Shown in pieces: positions 8,906 through 18,100 of a stretch of 33,473 nucleotides of DNA. The position numbers and the translations under genes were made by a program. This stretch comes from an uncultured Treponema sp. (GTDB taxonomy: Bacteria; Spirochaetota; Spirochaetia; Treponematales; Treponemataceae), in contig CAZGDL010000004.1 of the NCBI GenBank assembly GCA_964525075.1, positions 1 to 33,473 on the forward strand, read 5' to 3'. Position 1 is the first letter of the stretch; the number at the start of each line of letters is the position of its first letter. The notes beneath the pieces are model-generated. The model saw nothing but the letters and a program-made list of their open reading frames with translations, ran no database searches and was not told the origin of the DNA.

Positions 8906-10534
8906 TTAAAAGAAGAACTTGAGCAAAAGGCTTGCCCTTCCTCCCCTTGTAATATAATTTCCTGCATAAAGTCTTGTTTGACCTTTTAGCAATTTTAAAG
9001 AATCTTCAACAGAAATGACCGCCCGCAAGGCAGAAGTCAATCTTGCAAAAGCTTCAAAATTGATTATCGGGTCTTTATCATCAGAATCTAAAGAATAAAT
9101 TGTCTTCAAATCAGCACCCCAACTCGAATTCTGGCTCTGAAAATTCAAATCCAAAACAAGCTGACAGGCATCCTCCATGGCAGGTAAATCCATCCAGAAA
9201 ACATTCCATCCTCCTGTCACAGAAAAAATTTTATAATGATAAGAAAGGCTGATTTGAGAATTCAACTGCTGCAAATTTTTTAATTCATAAGAATAAATTG
9301 CAGCTGTCTGATTAGAATAAACAGGCTGCCAATAGCCATTATCAAAAGCGGTCTGGCGATATTCCACAGAAAGATTTCCAGTAAAAGATTCTTTCAAAGG
9401 AACAGAAAAATCAATTTTTCCAAACCAATCAGAAGTTTCCTGAGGAAGTTGGGTCAAAGTTGTAAATTTGTATTTTCGCTCCAAATCAGAAATTTTATTC
9501 ATGTAAGAATCAAGTCCACCCCGGGCAGAAATTGAAAACTTACGATTTGAAAAATAAACCGGGAAGGAAAGGTCAAGTCCAAGGAAAAAAGGGACGATTA
9601 CATCATTTTCATTCAAAGTGTTTCCCACCAGGGCGTAAACATCACCATAAACCTTAATAAAATCGTTGGCCCATTCCAGGTTTGCCCCAAATTTTCCACG
9701 GTGGGCAGCAAGAATTTCCTGGGTATTTTGACTGGTAATCAGATTTTCCAGGTCTTTTTCAAAATCATAATTTGCAGTAAGACCAGCCTTAAAGCCATAA
9801 CCTGCCCAATTAAAAAACAAATCAGGATTCAGATTTAAGACCGAAACAGTTTCAAAAGTTCCAGTGGAATCATCCGCATAACGGCTATAAAGATTTACGC
9901 CGGCATTTAGCCCCAGAGAAAAGCCATTTGCAAACAGCCAGGAGAATGAAGCCTTGCCAGCATAATCATCCTGGTTCAAATTTGTGATTCCAGGAAGATG
10001 ATTTTGCAGGCCGTTTGACAGAGCCTGATAAGACGCTGCAAATCCCCAGTTTATTTGATTGGATTGCAAGACTTTTTCAAAAGATTTTTCCACAGAAAGA
10101 TTTGTTGTCCGGTCATTAAAACCTTCCGAAAGTGAATGATTTCCGTAACCGTTGGCAGAATCGTAGGAAAAATGAATTTTAAATGGACTTTGCCCGCTTA
10201 ATCGAAAAACCGAAAAATCCCCGGTAAAAAGACTTGGATAACCGCCCCCAATCAGCCCCTCGGCAAAAATAGTTTTTTCTGCCTGACTAGAAGGCTCTGG
10301 CAGGGCTTCTGAAGAAGATGGAGTGTCCACATCTGGTAGCTGGGGAATGACATTTCCGCTGTCTTCCGGGATAACCAGCAAATCTTCAAAATCGGGCAGG
10401 GCGTCTGTGCCAGCTTTGACCGTTTCGCCACTGATAACGGTTGTGACATCCGGCAGTTCGATATTCTGACCGTAAAGGGCAAAAGCCCCAGCGATAAGTA
10501 AAAATCCGGTAAAAAAATATTTAGTCATTTTCAT
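8906..10534 (-). CDS. Predicted outer-membrane beta-barrel protein with TonB-box-like N-terminus
   Basis: Start moved to ATG 10534 (RBS AAGGAG 10541-10546). Signal peptide (MKMTKYFFTGFLLIAGAFALYG), alternating aromatic/Gly beta strands, C-terminal Phe (ASLLLKFFF), IELPDVTTVISG at the mature N-terminus. Confidence 0.65.
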   Translation of the reverse strand: MKMTKYFFTGFLLIAGAFALYGQNIELPDVTTVISGETVKAGTDALPDFEDLLVIPEDSGNVIPQLPDVDTPSSSEALPEPSSQAEKTIFAEGLIGGGYPSLFTGDFSVFRLSGQSPFKIHFSYDSANGYGNHSLSEGFNDRTTNLSVEKSFEKVLQSNQINWGFAASYQALSNGLQNHLPGITNLNQDDYAGKASFSWLFANGFSLGLNAGVNLYSRYADDSTGTFETVSVLNLNPDLFFNWAGYGFKAGLTANYDFEKDLENLITSQNTQEILAAHRGKFGANLEWANDFIKVYGDVYALVGNTLNENDVIVPFFLGLDLSFPVYFSNRKFSISARGGLDSYMNKISDLERKYKFTTLTQLPQETSDWFGKIDFSVPLKESFTGNLSVEYRQTAFDNGYWQPVYSNQTAAIYSYELKNLQQLNSQISLSYHYKIFSVTGGWNVFWMDLPAMEDACQLVLDLNFQSQNSSWGADLKTIYSLDSDDKDPIINFEAFARLTSALRAVISVEDSLKLLKGQTRLYAGNYITRGGRASLLLKFFF

Positions 10535-10547
10535 AGTAATCTCCTTC

Positions 10548-10776
10548 ATTTTTCCACCTAGGAGGGGGATTTTCGCCCGGCTCGGTGCAATTTTGCACTC
10601 CCGGGTGTCATTTCTCCACCCCAGAGGAAAATTTTTCCACCCCAGGCGGAATCCCGCACCTCGATGTCATTTTGCACTCCCGGCGGAACATTTTGCCCGA
10701 CTAGGTGGGATTTCGCCCACCCCGAAAGGGATTTTCCCATTCCAAGCAGAATCTCACGCCCCGGTGTCATTTCCCC
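10548..10776. repeat. Degenerate ~20-21-bp tandem repeat (11 units) with 100-bp higher-order period
   Basis: Units start at 10548, 10569, 10590, 10610, 10631, 10651, 10669, 10690, 10710, 10731, 10751; each is ATTT/ATC + C-rich + G-rich. Confidence 0.8.
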
Positions 10777-13698
10777 CTAAAACAATCCCTCTACCCTCTG
10801 GGCCTGCCTGCTTTCCGGATAAAGTTCCTTCAACAGATTTGCCGTTTCCCTTGCGTCGCCGTACAAACCTTCCGCTACAAAAGATTCGGCAGCCCCGTAA
10901 AGTGAAGCAGCAGCCTTGGAAGAATCATCCAAACTTCTATAATATTCAGCGGCAGTCAAATACATTTGACCTGCTTTTTTGTTTTCTGAATTTTTTCTGT
11001 AATAATCCGCAATAAATTCTGCATTTTCGGCAGCATATTTTCGCTCATCATTTTCGGTCTGTTTTGGTAAAAGCTGCATGGCAAGTTCAAAAGCCTGTTT
11101 TTGAGACGAAGCAGATTGAGCATAAAGTTTTACAAGTTCAGAACCTGTAATTCTGCCTTTTTTATTTGCCTCTTTGCCCTGTTTTTCGTATTCAGATTCT
11201 TTTTGAGCCACCTGGGCGTCCGTTCCATTTACAATTTTTTCAAGTTCAATTACCCGGCTACCAATTTCATCATTTACAGCCTGATTAGGAAAATCTTTCA
11301 CCATAGTTTTTGCGACCGCCAGGGCAAGCGAATAAGATTCCTGCTCGTAATAAGCCGCCAGAAGATTTTTATTTGCCCCGTAAGCGTAAACACTATCTTT
11401 ATATTTACTGAGCAAAGTTGTGTTCAAAAGAACCGCCCTGTTTATTTCACCAAGTTTTAAAGCCGCATCTCCGCCAAAAAACAAAGCCGCATCCGCCAAT
11501 TTTCCATCAACATATTTGTAAATGTAATTGTTAAAGCGGGTCAAAGCTGTCGCATAATCTCCGGCAGAATAATAAACTTCGCCACTTCGGTACATGGCTT
11601 CTTCTGCCCAAGCTGATTCTGGAAATTCCCTATAAATTTTTTGATAATAAGAATCCGCGGTTTTTACATCAGATTTTTTTTCATAAATTTTTGCCGTCGC
11701 AAACATAGCCTGAACTGCAAAATCCGATTTTTCATTAAGATAAGGAGATAGGATTTCCAAAGCCCGGTCATAATTTTGATAATCCGACAAAATATCAGTA
11801 GAAAAAATTACTGCCTGGTGCTTTTCTTCCGTTGTCGTCGAAAATTTTATCAGATTTTCTGCCTGAACTGCCGCATTTTTAAAATCCCCATTTTGCAAAG
11901 CTGATTTTGCGGCGTATTCGTAAGCATTTTTTGTGTAAACCTGCTGATTTTTTCCAGCCTCGCTCGCAAATCTGATAAAAGAAGCGTAAGCATTTTTGTA
12001 TTGTTCAAGGCTGTATTCCGCATATCCCTTATAAAAAAATGCCAGATTTATAAAATCCTTTTTTCCAGACAGAAGTTTTATGTAATTTGCAAAGTGATTT
12101 TGGGCCAAAGACCAGTTTTTCAGATTAATCTGACAAAGTCCCAGAATATATTCTTTTTGATTTTCCCCAGACATTTTCTGGGCCTGGGCGTAAGCGTCTC
12201 CGTATCGGCCACAGGCAAACAGGGCCTTAGCATATTCGCCACGAGCAAGAGGATTTGCTACGTCTCCCAGCCGCCCATCTGCCTCCAATTTTTCAAAAAC
12301 TTTCACCGCCCCAGGGAAATTTCCCATTTTGCACAGGGCAGAAGCATACAAAAGCCCAGTCTGAGGGTCAACTTTTTCGTACAAGCCTTTTTCGTAGTAA
12401 CTTGCCGAAAGTGCGTACAAGGCAGCAGAATCCGGATTTTTGATTTTAGCGTAAAGGTCAGGGATTTCGTCCCACTGTTTTTCCTGAAATTTGCAGGTCA
12501 AAAGAAGAGAGTAATAGGCGTCGGAAAAGTTAGGAGAGAGTTCCTCGTCTGTTGGAAGAGACTGCCCCCCCTGGTCGGTGTCTGAAGGGTCGCCAGCAAC
12601 GAAATCCCCGGCGTCGGTGTCCAAATTCCCAATCTCAATCGTCCGCAAAAGTTTTTCTGCTTCTCCAGGATTTTTATCCCTATCCAAAAGAATTTTTGCC
12701 CGATAAAAAATCACGAGGGAAGAAGAATTTTCCACATTCGCAAAATATTCTTCGGCTTTTTTGTAATTTTTTTTGTTATACTCATCAATCCCCAGGCGAA
12801 TCCAAAATTCATTTACAAGCTGAGGATGATCTTTAAAAGTGTCCACTGTTTTTGAAAATACCTGGCCCGGATTTACCCCGATATTTTTTTCGGAGGCAAG
12901 AACGTAGGCTTTTTTCAGGGCAATCACCGCCAGATATTCATATTGGCACTCAATAACCTGGCAGTAAAAATCGTAAGCTTCCTTATTTTCATTCAGATTT
13001 TTGTGGGCATCAGCATTATAAAGACAAAGTGAAAAATACAATTCATCATCAAAATTCTGGCAAAAATCCTCTTTGTTAAACTGATTAAAAAGAGCCAAAG
13101 TTTTTCCACTTTCTCCAGCTTTATTATAAGAAAGCATCAGCTTTTGAAGGGCTTGGCCATATTCTTTTTTATCATAATTTTTTCCATTTCTGATTACATA
13201 TTCAAACAAAGGATAGGCTTTTTCGTAATTTTCAAGAAGATAATAGATTTTCCCGGCGTACAAAATCGAAGGATTGTAAAATTCCAGATTTTCGTCGGTC
13301 AAAGCAAGAGAGGCAGCAAGATGAAAATTTTCCAGGGCAGATTTATAATCTTTTTTCAGATAAAAGGATTTTCCCAAAAGATAAGTTGCTTGAGTGATAA
13401 GTGGAGAACCCGTGTGCATATGGGAAATTGCCTGGCCCAAAGTTTCAACCGCCTCATCATAACGAGCCATATTGATTAAAGAATCACCTTTATAGGTCAA
13501 AACTTCCGGAATAAAAACAGAATCAGGGAATTGCTTTTCCATTTGATTTACTTTATCAACAGTTCCAGGATAAAAATGATTTTTCCAGGCCAAATTAATT
13601 TCGTTATACAAAGTCAAATCTGAATCAGAATTTTCTGTGGCAAAAACACAAGTGCAAATACAAAAAATTGCTGCGAATAATAGAAATGTTTTTTTCAT
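10777..13698 (-). CDS. Secreted tetratricopeptide repeat protein (CpoB/BamD-like repeats)
   Basis: Signal peptide MKKTFLLFAAIFCICTCVFA; many TPR motifs (ATYLLGKSFY..KDY..A, EAMYRSGEVYY..GDY..A, 'FPES', 'YPES'). Confidence 0.85.
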   Translation of the reverse strand: MKKTFLLFAAIFCICTCVFATENSDSDLTLYNEINLAWKNHFYPGTVDKVNQMEKQFPDSVFIPEVLTYKGDSLINMARYDEAVETLGQAISHMHTGSPLITQATYLLGKSFYLKKDYKSALENFHLAASLALTDENLEFYNPSILYAGKIYYLLENYEKAYPLFEYVIRNGKNYDKKEYGQALQKLMLSYNKAGESGKTLALFNQFNKEDFCQNFDDELYFSLCLYNADAHKNLNENKEAYDFYCQVIECQYEYLAVIALKKAYVLASEKNIGVNPGQVFSKTVDTFKDHPQLVNEFWIRLGIDEYNKKNYKKAEEYFANVENSSSLVIFYRAKILLDRDKNPGEAEKLLRTIEIGNLDTDAGDFVAGDPSDTDQGGQSLPTDEELSPNFSDAYYSLLLTCKFQEKQWDEIPDLYAKIKNPDSAALYALSASYYEKGLYEKVDPQTGLLYASALCKMGNFPGAVKVFEKLEADGRLGDVANPLARGEYAKALFACGRYGDAYAQAQKMSGENQKEYILGLCQINLKNWSLAQNHFANYIKLLSGKKDFINLAFFYKGYAEYSLEQYKNAYASFIRFASEAGKNQQVYTKNAYEYAAKSALQNGDFKNAAVQAENLIKFSTTTEEKHQAVIFSTDILSDYQNYDRALEILSPYLNEKSDFAVQAMFATAKIYEKKSDVKTADSYYQKIYREFPESAWAEEAMYRSGEVYYSAGDYATALTRFNNYIYKYVDGKLADAALFFGGDAALKLGEINRAVLLNTTLLSKYKDSVYAYGANKNLLAAYYEQESYSLALAVAKTMVKDFPNQAVNDEIGSRVIELEKIVNGTDAQVAQKESEYEKQGKEANKKGRITGSELVKLYAQSASSQKQAFELAMQLLPKQTENDERKYAAENAEFIADYYRKNSENKKAGQMYLTAAEYYRSLDDSSKAAASLYGAAESFVAEGLYGDARETANLLKELYPESRQAQRVEGLF

Positions 13699-13714
13699 AG
13701 TTCATTGATTATTT

Positions 13715-15073
13715 TTAGTTAGGATAAAACTGCTCAGAAGATTTAGCCCTTGTCAGATAAACAAAATCGTCACTGTAAAGGCGGCAAAAATCTTCCAAAG
13801 TAAGTTCACGTCCATTCATAAATACCGAACAGGCAAATCCGCCATCATCCTGGAAATAAGGGAAAAATGCCAAGCATTCATTAAAAGCCTTAATTTCTGG
13901 AGAAACGCTCCTGTCTGTTCCTCGAATTGCTCCAAAATAGAAGGTCCCAGGTTCTGTTGCCGCAAGCACGTACAAAAGCGAAGGCAAAACAGAAACTGTG
14001 TATCCAGAATTTTCGATAAAGGTGACGACATTTGAAACACCAGTTTCGGTAATTGAGGATGCAAAAGGATTGATTGTTACATCAACTCCAGACTGATTAA
14101 AAAGATAAGTTTTCCCAGAATAAACAGAAATTAAAGCCGAAGCCAAATTTCTAATCCAATCCAAAGAAAAGAAAAGATTGTAACGCTGAGACAAAACTCC
14201 CTGGCGTCCATTTTCTTTTACCTGAACCGTTTCCTTTATCAAAGGCTCTCTTTTTAACATTCCACCAGCCAGAGGTTCAACTAAACCATCCGCTATCCAT
14301 TTAACAAATCCAGCAGAAGAAAGTAACAATTTTTTATCAGTTTCAGAGTCATCCTCAAACTTTTTACCATTTGAAATATGAACAAGTTCGTTATTTTCGT
14401 TATACATGGCGTCCGGTACGTTTTGAATGTAAGGAAGCTTTTCCCGAATTACCGCAATCATCTGTTTTATGCTGTGATAAAGTTCGGTGTCAGGCAAAAC
14501 ATAAGACCAGGGCAATTTTGTTTCCGTAATTTTCATCACATCATCAAAAGAAGCCGAATAAAATTTTTCAAAAGGCATTCCGGTCGGCACACCTCTTGCT
14601 GCGTAGTTTCCAAACATAACCAAATCGGCCAGGGCAATTTTCCCGCTCGGGGTAAATTGCACAAAAACTTCGCTGTTTTTCAAAAAATAATAGCGGATTC
14701 GCAAGGGCTTGCCAGTTTTTTTATCGCGGATTAAAACCCAGGAACCACAGGCATCACCAGGGTAAAAATCCTGTTTTTCGACGTGGTAGCCTGTATCAGA
14801 GTAAACTGTCACGTTGATTTCGGCATGGGGAGCGACAAAAACGTTGAAAGTAGTTTCATTTTCTTCCAGACGAATCTGAAATTTGTCGCCATTATCATTA
14901 TTTTTGATTTCAGGGGCGTTTTGCCTCAGTTGCGATAAAGTCGGAGTGAACCATTTTTCTTCCAGGCCAGACCTGATTTCGGAAGAATCGGGAATTCCCA
15001 ATTTATTGTAACTTGCAGACAGAGGAATGGCTAAAAAAACTAGAGTCGTAAATAGAACTAAGATTTTTTTCAT
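13715..15073 (-). CDS. Secreted hypothetical protein
   Basis: 452-aa ORF, signal peptide MKKILVLFTTLVFLAIPLSA, RBS AAGGAG; no family confidently recognised. Confidence 0.8.
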   Translation of the reverse strand: MKKILVLFTTLVFLAIPLSASYNKLGIPDSSEIRSGLEEKWFTPTLSQLRQNAPEIKNNDNGDKFQIRLEENETTFNVFVAPHAEINVTVYSDTGYHVEKQDFYPGDACGSWVLIRDKKTGKPLRIRYYFLKNSEVFVQFTPSGKIALADLVMFGNYAARGVPTGMPFEKFYSASFDDVMKITETKLPWSYVLPDTELYHSIKQMIAVIREKLPYIQNVPDAMYNENNELVHISNGKKFEDDSETDKKLLLSSAGFVKWIADGLVEPLAGGMLKREPLIKETVQVKENGRQGVLSQRYNLFFSLDWIRNLASALISVYSGKTYLFNQSGVDVTINPFASSITETGVSNVVTFIENSGYTVSVLPSLLYVLAATEPGTFYFGAIRGTDRSVSPEIKAFNECLAFFPYFQDDGGFACSVFMNGRELTLEDFCRLYSDDFVYLTRAKSSEQFYPN

Positions 15074-15148
15074 TCAAAAACTCCTTTTACCCCGCACATA
15101 ACCGCACACACCACGCGGTCACCCGCACTCCGCACGGTCAATATTTTT

Positions 15149-18100
15149 CTAGACTTCCTTTGCCGGGTCAGTATCGGTTGCCCCTTCCGCCTTTCTGATT
15201 TCTGCTTTTACCAGGCTACCATCAGGCATTCTGATAAAGCCAGGTTTTACTTCGTCAGGGTGATTTCCCACCGGTGCATTTGAAAGCAAAAGCTTCAGAC
15301 GGTTCAGCTGATTTACTTCAGAAGACCCCGGATCGTAGTCAATTGCCGAAATATTTGCAGACGGGAAACGACGGCGAAGTTCTTTTATCATACCTTTACC
15401 AGTTACGTGGTTTGGCAAACAAGCAAAAGGCTGAACACAAGCAATGCTAGGAGCCCCTTCATTTATGAGTTCTACCATTTCGGCAGTCAAGAACCAGCCT
15501 TCCCCGGTAATATTTCCAAGTTGAACTATGTCATCAACCCCTTTCATCATCTTGTAAATAGAATTTGGTGCTTCAAAACGACGGCTCTTACGCAAATATT
15601 TCTTCATTTTGCGACGGTACAATTCCAGGCCCCAAACCAAAAGCCTTGCATTTCGCTCTGTTTTTGTCGGGAAAGCCAATTGTTCGTGACGGAAAATTCC
15701 AGTAGAGAATGAATAGAAGAAGAAGTCCAGCAAATCTGGCATTACACATTCTGCCCCTTCCCTTTCAATCGTTTCTACAATCTGATTATTTGCAGTTGGA
15801 TGGAATTTTACAAGGATTTCTCCAACAACCCCAACCCTTGCCTTCTTTATCGGCTTGAGCGGCAAATTATCAAAGTCATGAATGATATTTTTTACAAGTT
15901 TATTAAAATCGTGGAAAGATGCGTGTTTTGTAAAAAGATTTTCGGCAACAGCATTCCATTTTTCGTACATCTGATTTGCAGAACCAGGAACAGCTTCATA
16001 AGGCCTGGTTCTGTACAAAACTCTCATCAAAACATCACCAACAACCAGAGATTTTATCAGATTATCTACAAGTGGCAGAGTGAGTTTAAATCCAGGATTT
16101 TTTTCAAATCCCTGGGCACTAAGCGAAAGAACTGGAACTTGCGACATTCCGGCGTCGTTCAAAGCCCGGCGGATAAACCCTATGTAGTTTGTAGCACGAC
16201 ACCCACCGCCAGTTTGTGTGATTACCAGAGCGACCTTATCCAAATCATATTTTCCACTTTCAAGGGCCGAAATCATCTGACCGGCAACCAGCAAAGACGG
16301 ATAGCAGGCATCGTTATTTACATATTTAAGACCGGCTTCTACAGCCTTAGGATCTACTGCATCCAAAACCACAAATTTAAATCCGCCGCTTGCAAAAGCC
16401 TTTTCCAAAAGCCTGAAGTGAATTGGCGACATCTGAGGTCCAATAATCGTGTAATCCCTTTTCATTTCTTCAGTGAAAATTACACGATGGTAGGCTGATG
16501 AATGAATTACAGGGCGTTTTTTATTTCTGCGTCGTTCCTTCACCGCAGCAATCAAAGAACGAATTCTGATTCGGACAGCTCCCAGGTTAGAACCTTCATC
16601 TATCTTAATCAAAGTGTACATTCGGCTCTTTGCCTTTAAGATTTCATCCACCTGGTCGGCTGTTACGGCGTCCAATCCGCAACCAAAAGAAGTAAGCTGA
16701 ACCAATTCCAGATTTGGCATTTCGCTCACAAATTGGGCAGCCCGGTAAAGTCTGTTGTGATAAACCCACTGGTCAATAATTCTGAGCGGGCGTTCAATTT
16801 TTCCCAGGTGGGCAACAGAATCTTCTGTCAAAACAGCAAGGCCCAGACCGTTAATCATTTCTGGAATTCCGTGATTAATTTCCGGATCCAGGTGATACGG
16901 ACGACCAGCCAGTACAATTCCAGTTCCACCCTTTGTGATAATTTCTTCCAGGGCTTCTTCCCCGGCTTTTTTCACATCTTCTTTGAACTGTTCTTGCTCA
17001 GCCCAGGCTTTTTCAACAGCATCATAAATCTGTTTTTTCTTGAGTTGAGGGAATTTTGGCAAAAGTTCTTCGCACAAACGTTCAGCCAGGCGAGGTTTAT
17101 CATAAATTGGCAGGAAAGGATCCATGTAATTTATAGTAGGATCTTGCCTAAGCTCATCAACATTGTTACGCAAAACTTCCGGATAAGAAGTTACAATAGG
17201 ACAGTTGTAGTGATTTCCAGCCCCGGCATCCTCCTGCTTTTCATAAGGTGCACAAGGATAGAAGATAAATTTAACGCCCCTCTGCAACAGAGAAACAATA
17301 TGACCATGACTGATTTTTCCAGGATAACAAACCGATTCCGAAGGAATGGTCTCCAATCCTTTTTCATAAACAGTACGGCTAGATCGCTGGCTCAAAACAA
17401 CACGGAAGCCCAGTTCATTGAAGAAAGTAAACCAAAGCGGATAATTTTCGTACATATTAAGAACGCGAGGAATACCAACATCGCCCATAGGTGCGTCTTC
17501 CGGTTTGCGTGGAACGTAATGAGCAAAAAGCCTCTTATATTTCCAATCAAAGAGATTTGGAAGCGGGCCGGCGTCATCATCAAGGCCGGAATTTTTCTTA
17601 TTGCTGGCGTCAACGACAGTTCCTTCCAGTTCTGCCCCACGTTCACAACGGTTGCCAGTTACAAAAGTTCTTTTTTCAGAAGCAGTCTGGAAAGTGTTGA
17701 TTGTAAGCAGACAATTATTCTGACATTTTCCACAACGACGCAAATCCAAATCAACATGGAAAGATTCCAAATCTTTTAAAGTAGCAATTCCAGAGCGGAC
17801 ATCGTGGACAGTTCCTTCCGGCTCGCCAGGTTTTGGCTCCATCAAATCTCGCCACTGGTCATAAGCAATAAGGGCAGAACCATAAGCTCCCATCAGGCCG
17901 GCAACGTCCGGACGGTAAACCTGAACCCCGGCAATTTTTTCAAAAGCCCGCAAAATGGCGTCATTAAAGAAAGTTCCACCCTGAACTACAACTTTTTCAC
18001 CAATATCAGAAGCTTTACGAAGTTTAATTACCTTGAACAAAGCATTTTTGATTACGGAGTAAGAAAGACCGGCCGCAATATCAGCAACGGAAGCCCCTTC

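Noticed and set aside
10548..10776. CRISPR array, or coding ORFs 10558..10770 (-), 10593..11015 (+) and 10705..10905 (+)
   Set aside because: No conserved repeat/unique spacer alternation; unit lengths of 20 break the codon phase; translations are low-complexity with no RBS
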